NCBI GenBank assembly: GCA_963693365.1
Contig: CAVNZM010000015.1
Location: forward strand, 2,232,001-2,296,000
DNA length: 64,000 bases
From: Amoebidium appalachense
Lineage: Eukaryota; Protista; Ichthyosporea
Direction of reading: 5' to 3'
Both the position numbers and the translations under genes were made by a program. Below the pieces are notes generated by a model. It saw nothing but the letters and a program-made list of their open reading frames with translations, was not told the DNA's origin and ran no database searches. The number at the start of each line of letters is the position of its first letter. Positions within the stretch are counted from its first letter, which is position 1. Positions 1 to 49,794 of the stretch are shown piece after piece.

Positions 1-797
1 AAAACAGCGTACTACTACCAAAAATTGCTACGTGTTAATATCTGTGAACTACTTAGTTGGCACCAGCTTCAATTTAGACTTCCAGTAAACTTCTCTCTGT
101 TTCATTCAGCTCAAGTTGCACGCCTTTGCGACAAAATAATTTTATCCGGCGAACTTCAGCAGCCAGTTATCATATCAAGATCTCTGCGTTAAACTTGCGC
201 AAGACATAGGAAAAAGCATTATTGCCTTATAAGGCTAAAGTGCAACACTGAAGAGGCTCACATATTTATCATGCTCTTGTATAGCTCATGATAGACTTAT
301 CTTTGCTCTTAAAAACCAATATAATAATAATAGTAATCTGATAATCGTGTTAAAAAACAGAATACCGCTCAGAGAAACCTTGATTATAACAGTGTTGTAT
401 AATTGGGAAGGCATTTTGCACTGCTCCAGAAGATAAGATTGAGCCAATCATCTCCTTTTCGCCCGTTACACAGGCTCACCGCCGCTGTTGCGTGCTGCGA
501 GTGTGCACGCTCATTCGACAGTGAAACATGCAAGTTGTGCAGGTCGGCCTAAGGAGAGTATTGTATAGTCACGCAACGTGTGTGGCCGTCGGCACGCCTA
601 CCTTCAAGTGAACACAACAAAACAGGCTGCACCTTGCTTATCAGCCTGCCTAGCGAACCCACAGGCCACAGACAGGGCTATACGATCACGACAAAATGAA
701 ATAAAGTACCACAGCAACCTGCGCGTTTCTTTCCAAAGCTGTTCTTCTCAGTTTCGTTCGCAGATCTGAAATTAAGCCGAACTCACGGGTAGCCACC

Positions 798-19188
<18,391 letters not shown>

Positions 19189-19602
19189 CTGTATGGGCCC
19201 ACAGGGTCCCAGCACTGCCTGCGCACACTGCTGGTGCCTGGATCCTTCCACAGGGACCTAGCAGCCCAGTATGCCGCCACCAGCTAGTGTTAGCACCTGC
19301 ACCCACGTGGCAAAACCATGCGGCCAACAACTGGCAGGTGACCGGGGTGGTGGGTTTACAGTAGCCAATGGCATAGCAGGGCACAGCCACCAGACAGCAG
19401 GGGTGGATGGGCTATTGTGCATTGGGAGGTACTGGGGGTGATGGACGAATTGGGCCCTGAGCCTAGCAGGCCGGCAGGAATAAAGCAGCACGATGTGTGC
19501 GTGTATTGAGCACTACCGTGGTGGCCCAGTTGGGGTGGGATGAGGCAAAAACTGTTGAGAGGCACTGCCAGTGTATAACTAACCCCACTGTTAAGGTTAA
19601 TC

Positions 19603-19695
<93 letters not shown>

Positions 19696-20387
19696 TGGGT
19701 GGGTGTGGGTGTGGGTGTGGGTGTGGGTGTGTGTTTGCGTGTGAGTTTGTGTGTGTGAGTTTGTGTGTGCACGTGTGGTGCTGCCACGGTGTGTAAATCC
19801 AAATTGTTCTTCAGTAAGGCCTCTGGGACTGTGTCTGGGGGCCAACATGAACCATAGAAGGTGAAAAGGGGAAGGGAAGGGGGGAGGAGGGGTTGGTAGA
19901 CGTGTAGATGGCGTCAAAATGTTATGGTGTACGTATATTGCGGATGTGGAGATCGAATGGGCTATGTTTCCAAGTAATGCTTCAGCAAGAACGGGACACC
20001 GTGTACACGTATTTCCTGTCTTTCTTTCTTTTTGTTTTTGGCCCCCCCGGGGTGGGGAGGGTGGGGGGGGAGATTTCGGGTTGAAGGTGGGTACTACCGG
20101 GGAGGGGAGGGTTTTTTTTTTTTCCCCCCTTCTTCTTTTTTTTTTTGGGGGGGGGGGGGCAGCCTTTGTGACATAACATAATATTAATACGGATTTATTC
20201 GGTCGATATGAGCCTCGTCTGATTTGGGAAGCCTAAGGGTTATATTCCCTTCTTGCTTTTCTCTCCCTCGAGTTCTTCCTTTCTGTTTGTGTGGGGGGGG
20301 GTGCTCGGAGGGGGAGGAGGGGGAATGGGGGATTTGATAATCGAAGCTCAAGTTTGTACTGGTGTGTGGGGTCCTGGTGTGTGTGTG

Positions 20388-20509
<122 letters not shown>

Positions 20510-20627
20510 GAGAGAGGGGGGGGAAAGAATGATATTTTATGTGTGGGGTCCTGGGCAGGGCCACCGGGGTGGGTGGGTGATGGTGGTGGTGGTGGTGGTG
20601 GTTTGGGGGGGGGGGGGGGGGGGGGGG

Positions 20628-20665
<38 letters not shown>

Positions 20666-20894
20666 GTGGGGTTGCAATTGGATGGATTAGATGTGTGTTT
20701 GTTTTTAGCTGGGACTCTGTATGCACTTACCAGATGCAAATGCACATAGACTGTACCGGCCTGAGCTCCGGGCACACCCACAAATTTTAAACAGCCCGAC
20801 TCCCTTGGTGCCTATCCCTGTGGATCCAATCTTCGAGCACCTTGGCGCGCCAAATAAAGCAATAATCTGTGCGCTTTGATTGGGTTGTTACGTG

Positions 20895-20907
20895 ATGACT
20901 CAGCGAC
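20895..20907. promoter_or_regulatory. AP-1/MARE-like element ATGACTCAGCGAC upstream of JTB, near CCAAT boxes
   Basis: TGACTCAGC core ~140 bp before the JTB ATG. A near-identical 13-mer occurs at 61333-61345. Confidence 0.35.
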
Positions 20908-21045
20908 CAGTCGACTTCGCCAGACTCACGCACGGTGTACAGTCACCAGTTTTCCTCAGGGCAGCGACGCGAGACGGTGGCGTTTATTTGCCGTACACCC
21001 CACATACCCCACATACCCGTCTCCTTATCTCTCCACCACGCAACC

Positions 21046-22447
21046 ATGCTGGGCCGCGTGTGTCGTTTCGTCTTGCTGCTGCTCTGTGCTATCTGCACCA
21101 CAGTCTTGGCGCAGGAGTCTACATCCAAGGAGACAGGGTGGGTGTGTGCTGTGCTTGGTATTTTGCTAGCCTGGACAAACGAGGGGAGGGAGACAAGGGT
21201 GTCATGTTACTCGTCTATGTGCAAAATCACCCGTGCGTGTGCCAACCTGTGTCTCCTGTTACGCGTGTGTGTGCCAACCTCTCTGTCTCTCTGCAGGGCT
21301 GTGTCCACCACCACCAGTGCCCAGGCCACCCCCACGGAGGCTCCTAGCAACGGCACTACGGAGGGCTGTGCAGACACGGGCAGCTGCAGCCACTGCGCCC
21401 CCAGCGGGCCCTGTGCACCCTGCACGGATTATGACAAGGTAGCTCCCGCCCTGCACACGCGTGCCCTCCTTTTGGTGTGTGACGGGCAGGCTGGCAGGCT
21501 GTGTGCACAAATGCTATGTTGCTATTGACATACTCTTTTAGCCCGTGCTATAGGGTCTTTTATGGGCTCCACGCGGCACGTTCTGAAAGGCCGAGGGCGT
21601 GCTGTTTGGTTGAGTTTGGAGGTCGTTTTCCTGCACGTGCAAGGCCACTCCTCGTTAGGGCGTGCCAGTTACTTGTTTAGCTCACGTGCTGATGGAAAAG
21701 GGGAAGGAACGAGAAGAGCATTGTGTATACTGTATGACTGGTGTGTGTGCCGTGTGTGCGAGTGATGGTGGTGGTGGTGGGGGAACGGATGGAGGGGGGA
21801 GCGCGGGCAGAGATGGGAGCGGGAGGAGGGTGGTGGGGGGGGGGGGGGGGGGAGGGGGGGGAGGGGCTGTGTACGGGTGTGTGACGGCGGTGGTGGAGGT
21901 CGCAGTGAGGTTACGGGGGGTGGGGGGGTTTGGGGGGGGGGGGGGGAGGACAGGGAACTAGGGACAATAAGACTGGGACGGTTCGTGCATGCATGGCACA
22001 CTTCGTGACCCCCCCCCCCCCCCCCCCCCCCCCCCGCGCCCCCAATACACACACACACGGTGTCATATGGGGCACTCCGCTGTTCCCAGGCTCGTTCTTG
22101 TGGTTCTTGGCCAGTCAGGGCCATATCTTGCAAGCAGCAAGGCTTACCGCCTGTGTGTGGTTCCTTCTTGTTTGTGCCCTATGGCTCGTTTGCCAATACC
22201 GACTGCCTGTGTGTGCATTTGTTGTTGGGTGCTGGGCTTTGTTTATCCATGTGTGCCTGCCTGTCCCTGCTGTGTGCTTTATTCTCTGGGTTTGTGTGTC
22301 TGCCTGGGGTGCTCATTGTGTCTACCCCACAGCGCACCCTGGCTGTGTGCAAGCACACTGGCTACAAGCAATCCATCAGCTGTCCCCCACCCAGACCAAA
22401 CACCCCCAAAGCCCCGACCGAGATGAGGTACTTTTAGCCCCCTTCCT

Positions 22448-22478
<31 letters not shown>

Positions 22479-22844
22479 GGGCCCCGCACTGCCGGACTCT
22501 GTGACACTGTGTGTTTTCATGGCACACACACAGAGGAGGGCCTTGCTGCTAGTGTATTCTGTGTGCTGCACAATCACCCCCTTAAACATTTGTGTTGGAG
22601 GTTACAAACAGTGAATGGTTTGGAACATGTCTGCTTGACATGTGTGGATGGATGACCATCCCCCCCCCCTCTCCCCCCCCCCCCCCCTTCACACACACAC
22701 ACACACACACACACATCCTCCCGGAGGCTGATCTCTGCATGTTGCACACTCTTTTGTGTTCAGTGGGTTTCCAAACAGCTGTGTTGTCCGCCTCTGTTTA
22801 TACTTTGTGCTGTGATCCCTCCCCTCCCCGCTCCCCCCCCTCCC

Positions 22845-22909
<65 letters not shown>

Positions 22910-22936
22910 TTGTGTTTGTTTGTTTTTTTTTTTTTT

Positions 22937-23011
<75 letters not shown>

Positions 23012-23828
23012 GGGAGAGGGGGCTGGGACTGACCGGTCTTGTTGGCAGCTGTGTATTTGTGCAGCCAGCAACACAGCGCCAAGTTGTACTCTTCGAGGTA
23101 CCCATCGCATTACCCCCCCCCCCCCCCTCCCCCCCTCCCCCCCGGGTACTCCCCTTCTCCCTCCACCGACCCGCCCCACCACACACACCACCACCACAGA
23201 CACACACACACACACACACACAAAAAAAAAAAAAAGAGAGAGGAAAAATGCACCCGTGATTAGGGATTTGCATGCGCTACACACGTGCTAGCACCCCGTA
23301 GGAGCTTCCCCCCCCCCCCCCCCCCCCCCCCCCACGTTCCCCTCTGCCAAGTAGATGGGCTCTGCCTAAGGCTTGCCTACTTTGATGTCTGCCTATGCTG
23401 CTTGCAATGGCTGTATGTATGATGAAGATGTGTTTTTGCTTGTTGCACGGCATCTTGGTATGTATGATGAAGATGCGTTTTTGCTTGTTGCACGGCATCT
23501 TGGTATGTGGCCTACGGTAATAGCAACTCTGATGTGCCTCTGTTTACCTCTTTTTTTGTGCCTATGTTGCCTGCGGGTGGGTTTCACAAATGCTGGGGGA
23601 TGGCTGTGTCTTTTGCTTCAAACACACACATGATGCTGGGGCCACAGTGACTGTCGTCTGTTTTAGTTCAAGTGGTCATCCCCAGTGTGCAAGGCTTTCA
23701 CTAGTAGCTCCGAGGTTTCACCTGATGGATACCCTTCATCCTTAATCCCCCCCCCTCCCCCCCCCCCCCCCCCCCTTCCTCCCCCCTCCCACCCCCCAAC
23801 CCAAACCACCCAACTATCTACGCACACG

Positions 23829-23910
<82 letters not shown>

Positions 23911-24346
23911 AACAACCAACCAACCAGTCCTTCAAATTGAACGGAAAACAAAACGAGAATTATATCATTAAATATGATAGAAAGCTAAGACGAAATGGAA
24001 CCTACTGACAAGCAAGACTATAAAATAACCAAATTGATTAGGAATATATGCGCCAACGTGCCAACTTAAAGTCCTCCTGTTTTCCACCTTCCTGTGTCTG
24101 GCTCGAAATTCGGTTTGTTTAAGCATGTGTTCACGGACCTGTCAGGGTGTGCATGTGCCTGCGTTGTTGTGTGACACTGTGTATGCCCTGTGTGTGCGTG
24201 CCAACGTGCATTCCACTCATGCTGGGTCACAGGCGGCCAACCTGTGCCTGTTTGTTTTGTCTGCGGGGGTGGTGGTGTGGCGCCAGCGCCAGCTCAGCTC
24301 TCGGATGTACTGGAAGATCCAGCGCCAGATAGGCAGCACCCTCTAA
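21046..24346 (+). CDS. JTB: JTB (jumping translocation breakpoint) family single-pass membrane protein, 5 exons
   Basis: Exons 21046-21137, 21297-21438, 22333-22427, 23049-23097, 24233-24346. Signal peptide; Cys-rich CAPCTDYDK..C..TGYKQSISC..SC; FE + TM helix + RQRQL...KIQRQI tail, matching the JTB pattern. Confidence 0.85.
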
Positions 24347-25173
24347 ACCCCTCTTGCCGCATTTCAGAGGGTGGCCCAGTAGTTTGCTGGGCTCTGATTG
24401 GCCAGGCTGCTGTGCGGGGCAGGAGGACACAGGGCAGGACTGGCCCAGTGTGGCAGCTGCAATGGGGGCACCTGCAGGCTGGTGCACCGGGCAGGCGGCA
24501 TGCAATCTTAGCCTATGAGGGTGGGGGGCATGGCGCAGCACAGAGGCTATGCCATGAAGGATGGCCCTAATCATAGTGCCCGGCCACCGGCAGGCCACAC
24601 GTACCGGCGGCACAAGTGGGCTGAGTGCTCAGCAGCCCAGGTCGGCATCACCCGGGGCCCAGCTGGCTGAGCTGAGCCCTGGGGGACCGGGCGGGTTGGC
24701 CAGACTACTAGCTGCACATACCATGACATTGACTCTCTGGCTGACTACTAGTAGCTCAGCCTCCAAGGTGACATCCCTCGTGCGGTCAGCACAACTGTTA
24801 CATTCAGAATATCATTACATAGATGTACCGTAGTTATTAATAACTGTTGTTACATTTGTAACAGTTGTGAAATTTTAGGGTGCTGAGTGCCCAGATGTAT
24901 ACTGGATTGTCAGACTTCTTGGTGAAGAAAGTAATTATTATAGCAGGAAAACGTTCAATCTTAGGCTTACGACTATACATAATAATGTGTTGTTCAGTAA
25001 CTATGTACAATTTCCATGATGATAGTTTTATAGTTTTGAAATGAAAGGCAGGGTTACAATGATTGGCAATTTTTAAATTTATGAAGTCTAGAAACACTTT
25101 TAAATAGTAGGAATACCAACCGAGAATTTCAAACTCTTTAGTCCGACCTCCCCCCCCCCCCCCCCCCCCCCCC

Positions 25174-25418
25174 GGGTGACGGGGAAAAGGGGGAGGAGTG
25201 GGCGTGAGGGGCCTGGCCCAGGGCCGGGCTTGCTTGTTTTTGTGCATGACTACCCTAATCACTAATTAGTACACTGTCACACACACACACACCGTCGGTC
25301 CGTAACACGTGCACGTGAAACATGTGTCACGCACGGAAAAAGGGCTTGTACATGTGCTTGTGAATTACTTCGGAGCTGACACCCTATCATGGCATAAAAA
25401 AGTAAAAAGAAAAAAAAA

Positions 25419-25455
<37 letters not shown>

Positions 25456-25698
25456 GACGGGGAAAAGGGGAGGAGTGGGCGTGAGGGGTCTGGTCCTGGG
25501 CCGGGCTTGCTTGTGTTTGTGCATGACTAACCTAATCACTAATTAGTACACTGTCACACACACACACCGTCGGTCCGTAACGCATGCACTGGCACGTGAA
25601 ACATGTGTCACGCACGGAAAAGGGGCTTGTGCTTGTGAATTACTTCGGAGCTGACACCCTATCATGGCATAAAAAAAGTAAAAGCAAAAAAAAAAAAA

Positions 25699-25700
<2 letters not shown>
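25174..25700. repeat. Tandem duplication of a ~278-bp non-coding unit joined by a poly-A/poly-G tract
   Basis: Copies start GGGTGACGGGGAAAAGG at 25174 and 25452 and are near-identical through CCCTATCATGGCATAAAAA. Confidence 0.9.
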
Positions 25701-25742
<42 letters not shown>

Positions 25743-27497
25743 GCGTGATTGTGATCACTCGTTCGAGAGCCTAAAAAAAAAAAAAAAAAGAAAAGAAAGA
25801 AACTGAGGAGAGACAGCTGAACTTCGGATCTTGTACGTGGCCCTTTCCGCAGTATCTAACACGGGCGGCTAGATTTACTGGGTTTCATTTAGGATGAGGC
25901 GCGTGACAGCAACCGTTCGGATCGATCCACCCACGGCCAGAACCTTCGGGATAATGAATTCTGATACGCCATTCTTATCCCCATGCGGCCTCATTGTAGA
26001 TATGGCGCCATACAGTAGGCTAGGGTCCACGCGTATTGTAGCTAATCACATTTATTTACCGTTCTCTATTTAATGAATTATTTACCGTCCTCTATTTAAT
26101 GGAATATTATTGCGCATTGATAATGACTGAATGAAGCATGAGCCTGACATAGCCCGGCGCCCGGCTCCCACCTCAGCCCTGAGCTCTAGATCTAGCCCAA
26201 TTTGGTCATGAGGAATGTGAACAGAAGATCGGGCATTCTTGTAAATGGTTCTACATATGGTGGTTTTATTAGACACTACAATGTATGAAATGTTTTTATA
26301 TATAAATATATATATATATATTGATTTAAATATATTTCTCAACTGGTGGATCACCGTGGAGGTTTTTTGGGAAGCAAGCCCCAGCGCCATTAAAGGGCCC
26401 TTTAATAAATATTTGCCGCATTTATTTCGGTCGGGAATGCATTGAACCCCCGGAACTTCGAAATTGCCAATGTACAGTACGTTGTCAGTATTGCATACAC
26501 TTCCCGCTAAGGCAAGTCACGGCCAGCAATCTGCAGATCCGATTCATCCATCTTACTATAAAAACTGGACAGCTTACCAACAAAAAAAAACTTGGCAGGC
26601 CCCCAAACTGTTTGCAGCATATATTAAATGGACCTGTTGTTCCTGTTAACGTTCGTGACGAGACCACATGAATCATGATCATTTTATGACGAGCCAGAGG
26701 AAGTGATTGGATCAAAGTCAGGCCAGTGAATTAGTGCACGTCCGCGGATCTGGATGGCTCGCCGTGTGATGAGACACGTGCACGTGGCAACGTTGAGGTA
26801 TATTTAGGCACAAGGCCCATGTGTTTAATACAGCGCGTGGTGGCTATTCATTGCCTGGAATAATACTATTTCAACCCGAGTAAGTTCCAGACCGTTGTTT
26901 GCCCGTGGCGGGCGGCCAGTGTACATGTCATACCCAGATACAAAGTATTTGCCGTGTGAACCGTCCAGGCCGGCTTTCGGCCTTTGCCTGATGCCTGATC
27001 AGGGCAGCCCGGCAAGACTTCGGATCATGAGGCATAAACCCTCGATAGTATATTATCGAGGCGGATGCCTGCTAGTAGAGTCATACGCATTGATTGTTAC
27101 TATGTTGTTTCTGTCTATATTTCGTAGTCGCCGTTTTGGGTCTTTCTTCCACTACTGTAGCTCTTTGTGGCGCGTCCGTATGCTACAAAATTTACGAAGT
27201 CCGGATCCATATTTGCGCAAGCACGCGTGGAAAAGGATTGATTGGAGCGAAGCGGTGCTGTACGTAGATGCACGCAGCATCGCCGGTAAATCTATCCTGG
27301 AGACGCAACAGGGTCGTGTGCGTCTGACCGTAGGCTCTGGCAGCCTGTGTCGGGCCAGGTCGCATGCTAACAGTGAGTTCAACTTCTACGACGCGTTTCG
27401 GTTCTGTTACTATGGCATACTATGGTACGTACAAGTACACTATAAAATTTAACTGTGAGCAGGCGTGTGGTGCACACTGCTAAACAACTATTTCAAG

Positions 27498-27528
<31 letters not shown>

Positions 27529-28089
27529 GTCTCTGACCCGGACTTGAGGGGGAGACTTTCTTCATCGGTGATTTAGGTTACATGTTATAATACGCCAGGC
27601 ACCGCCGACATACCCTGCCGGTGGCACAACGGTCAGTGTCAGACACGGAAAAAAACCGTTGAAGTTCTTCCTTATGAATTAGTACGACCGACTGTGACAC
27701 CACAAACTGACTGACTTATACGGCCAGCGCACTCCACCAATAGTCTGTTTTATTCACGATTCACAAGCAGGCCAACGTTTGCAAGTAGTGTTTAGTTTTC
27801 TACGCCGACCAAGTAGTAGGTAGTAAGGCTTGCTAGACTAATAGCAAGTCAGTTAGCCGGCCCTCATATTATTAGCTAGCCAGCGACTTTGAAATAAGCA
27901 CGTGCCCATCCTAAAGTTGCGCAGCACGGCGGCCCTGCAGACCGCAAGGAGCCCACCTAACCTGCCCGGGGCCGTGCAGCGAGGGACACACCCAGTGGGC
28001 CAATGTGCGCGGACGTGCTGCGGCAGCCCACCGGCCGGCTGCTTGACGTCCATCCCCCCCACCCAGATGTGACGCAGGCCAGGTCTGCA

Positions 28090-29689
28090 ATGGCACACCA
28101 CCTGGGCGAGGCCTTTGGCTGGCTGCCCGACGAGCTGCTTGCCGGCCCCAAAGACGACACCTGGCTGCCCCACCGCCACCAGCCCCACACTGTGAGCAGC
28201 GCACAGCACCCGCCCACAGAGGCCTCTCCACAGCTGGCCCCGTGGCCACGGCGGCTAAAAAGCGCCCTGTATGAGCCCCAGCATACACACACAGACCCAC
28301 ACCACCACAACAGATACTACCACACTGGCAGCCACACACGCCACGATAGGCGCTACTGACACGCAGCTAGCACACCACGACTGGCTGCACGACTGGGAGG
28401 GCTTTGATCACCCACGGCGCAGCACCGCCCACAGTGCCCGGCCCGTGCAGACTGGCCACTATGATAGCAGGCACGAGCTGCAGGGCAGTGGCCAGGCCAG
28501 GCCCAGCCAGCCAGCCCACCACGGCTGGGCCCACGAGGTCCAGACAGCCCCACAACACCACCCTATGGGCGGCCGCAGGCAGAGCTGGGGCCAGATCCCA
28601 GGCACCCACCAAGATTTTGGCCGGCACCCGGCCAGCAACACACCGCGCTACGGTGCAGACGAGCACGAGGGCCAGTGGCTGGGCGGGCCAGCAGCAAGGG
28701 CCAGCGAGCAGGGCTATGGGGGCCACAGCAGGCCCAGCCACGTGCCACCGCCCGCAGGGCCACTGCGGCGCCGGGCCAGTGTGGAGTCTGAGAAGTCCAG
28801 CTGGCTAGGCAGCGACCTGGCACAGCAGCAGCGCCCAGCCCACGGCAGCTCCCCTGCATACCCCCGCAGCCCCCACGGCAGTTCCTTTCCAAGTGGCCAG
28901 CACCGACCCACTCCGGACTCTGCGCCGCAGCACCGCGACGAGGCTGCGCACTACTCGCCACAGCAGGGCACGGCCACACTAGGGGACGGGGTGTGGGACC
29001 ACGAGCACGAGCCAGAGGAGGGGGGCTGGGGGCAGCAGGGGGGCACGTCGTCTGTGAGGTCGTCGGGCAGCGAGCAGGGGGAGCTGCAGGAGCTGGAGCT
29101 GCTGCTGGGGCAGGCCGACAGAGAGGCGCGGCCGTACGTGTGCAGTTTCAAGGACTGCGGCCAGGCCTTTGCCCACCCTGGGCCCCTGCGCAGCCACGAG
29201 CTGCAGCACGTGGGCGACCGGCCCTACTTCTGCACCCAGCAGCCCTGCCCGGCCACCTTTTCCACGGCCGACGCCCTGCGCGCACACCAGCGCACACACC
29301 TTGCCGACCGCCCCTACCGCTGCCCCGTGCCCCAGTGCACGGCGGCGTTTCGGCAGTCCAGCGGGCTCAAGATGCACATTCGCACACACACGGGGGAGCG
29401 GCCGTTCAAGTGCAACTTTGCGGGCTGCACGTCGGCCTTCAAGCGGTCGTCCCAGCTCAAGCTGCACAAGCGCATACACACAGGCGAGAAGCCCTACGTG
29501 TGCGCCTTCGAGGGCTGCACGGCACGCTTCAGCTGCCCCCGCAACTTCTCGGCCCACAAGCGCACGCACACAGGAGAGAAGCCCTACCACTGCAGCTATC
29601 CCGGCTGTGACGCAGCATTTGGGCGGTCCAGCTCCCTCACCCGTCACATGAAGGTCCACACCCGTGGCAGCCACCTGCCCCCACCCTAG
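28090..29689 (+). CDS. C2H2 zinc-finger transcription factor with six C-terminal fingers, 2 exons
   Basis: Exon 1 is 28090-28191 (an in-frame ATG at 28003 is an alternative start). The intron runs GTGAGC...TACTGACACGCAG. Exon 2 is 28367-29689. Six C-x4-C...H-x3-H fingers with TGERP/TGEKP linkers. Confidence 0.9.
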
Positions 29690-30321
29690 TACCAATGCCG
29701 CTCTGTTTATGCCACGCACCGTACAGTACCTTGATACCACTTGCATCACATCGTGTCACGTGTCCAGTACATTGCTATGTTTATGGTTGCAAAAATCATG
29801 TGTTATATCTGTAATATGATGGGGCTGAAGCAATGCTATTATATTATATATGTAATATTATGGGGCTGAAGCATGTTATATAAATCTGATGTGACTCCTC
29901 GAAACTCTATTACTGATTATGAAAATAAAGATTTGATTCCGGGTGTAACTTTTGAGAAAGTTTAGAGTTGTAACAAGTCTCAGACTAAGCCCTACTGTTT
30001 AATGGCATGTTCATGTTTTGACCTCAGTCATGACTAAACTTTAGTAGTATTATGTTCACCTGACTGATCGTACCTTCGAAACTGAATTTAGATGAATGCC
30101 ACCAGATCAGGCTGTGCATTGGTATCAATAACTTGTGAGGCGCAGCCCTTGCAAGGAATACTAAAGCCGGTTTATCATGGCGTTTATCGAAAGCTTACGA
30201 AGAAAAGGTGGAGGCAGTGTAGAAATCTTGGAATTACCAAAATGGTAAAGGTTCGCTTGGCATGTGCATTTGACGTGTGTACGTGTGGGTGGGTGTGCCC
30301 GGACCCGGTGGGCGGGTGTGT

Positions 30322-30393
<72 letters not shown>

Positions 30394-30524
30394 GACTCGC
30401 AGTGGCGGTATGATACCAGCACATAAACCACAGAGCTCAGAGCCTGAGCCTGGCAACTCAGCGGTTGAAATGTGCAACTTGTCACAGTGACCTCCTGGAT
30501 GCAACCGCTCCGGGCCACGGCAAC

Positions 30525-30762
30525 AAAAAGTACCTCTATTAGTAGTTTAATATAACGCATAATATATATTGGAAGCCCATTAGACTTCAGACTAAAAAGT
30601 ACCTTTATTAGTAGTTTGATATAACGCATAATATATATTGGAAGCCCATTAGACTTCAGACTAAAAAGTACCTTTATTAGTAGTTTGATATAACGCATAA
30701 TATATATTGGAAGCCCATTTTTAATATAACGCATATTATATATTGGAAGCCCATTAGACTTA
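30525..30762. repeat. 69-bp AT-rich tandem repeat (~3 copies plus a partial) upstream of HSDL2
   Basis: AAAAAGTACC starts at 30525, 30594 and 30663. Confidence 0.9.
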
Positions 30763-31218
30763 AGACTTTGCAGCCATGGCTGCTGCCTTGACCGTTGGCC
30801 TCACTGAGCGGCCTTGTAAGTGCTGAGGGCAAGTTGGCCGCTCAAGTTGGCAGAACCAAGGCACAACCAAGGAACCATGCACTGGTCGGCCGCGCACTAT
30901 TGGCTCACCGTTGTTTGCACTCTTTGGTAAAACAAAATAAGTCCACCAATCATAAATTACTTATACAAAAAGGGTGCGTATATTGGATCAAGATCACGTC
31001 TCAAAGATATTGTGTCTTTCACAACGCACATTCGCATGAACACGAATGAGCAAAAAAAAAAAAAAAGCGTACATGAACATTCTCATGTACTCAGTGTACA
31101 TAAACCTGACCGGCCACTGCCGCACTGTATATGTGACAGACGCACACCCAAGTTGGTGACCAAGCAGGTCCTAGGTTTTGAATCACACAGAGGCGTAAGT
31201 GAGAAACAGAGGCACACC

Positions 31219-38601
<7,383 letters not shown>

Positions 38602-38746
38602 CTATCATGATATATATACGATATATATTCTACTCTTTGTCTTCAAATCTATAAAACTTCTTGTGTTCATTCTCTCCCCTGTTTCACAAATTGCAAAACA
38701 TCACCTATCTAAAAATAGCGCTTAAAGACACTGTGCCGTACTTTTG

Positions 38747-49452
<10,706 letters not shown>

Positions 49453-49754
49453 AGCTGGCACCCGCCGCGGGCAGCAGCTAACACAGCGCACCGTGATAGC
49501 CCTTCACTCTCACACACACAAAAACACACAAGTTGGAACACGTAGGTCGTAAAATGCGGGGAAATGCGTGGGAGAAAACTGAAAGGCTTTTTTTCACCTG
49601 GTGTGTATTGTAATCCCCTAGAGGATTACATGGGGGTTGTATAGGGGCTCTAGTCACGAATAAACTTTAAAGTGGAACACGACCGTCGCGACGTAACGCA
49701 GAACTCATTTTATATTGCTGCAGTATGTATTATCGTTTTAAAAAGATAATACAA

Positions 49755-49794
<40 letters not shown>

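Noticed and set aside
24830-27460. AT-rich ORFs (141 aa minus, 185 aa plus)
   Set aside because: No recognisable motifs, atypical composition and non-ATG starts; treated as intergenic or decayed repeat.
28271-28366. Listed ATG at 28271 as the zinc-finger start
   Set aside because: It falls inside a well-formed intron (GTGAGC...TACTGAC...CAG, 28192-28366).
30525-30762. CRISPR-like periodicity (69 bp)
   Set aside because: The whole unit is repeated, with no variable spacer.
31150-31200. tRNA/SINE B-box-like strings (also near 61515 and 63930)
   Set aside because: No cloverleaf or matching A-box could be built.
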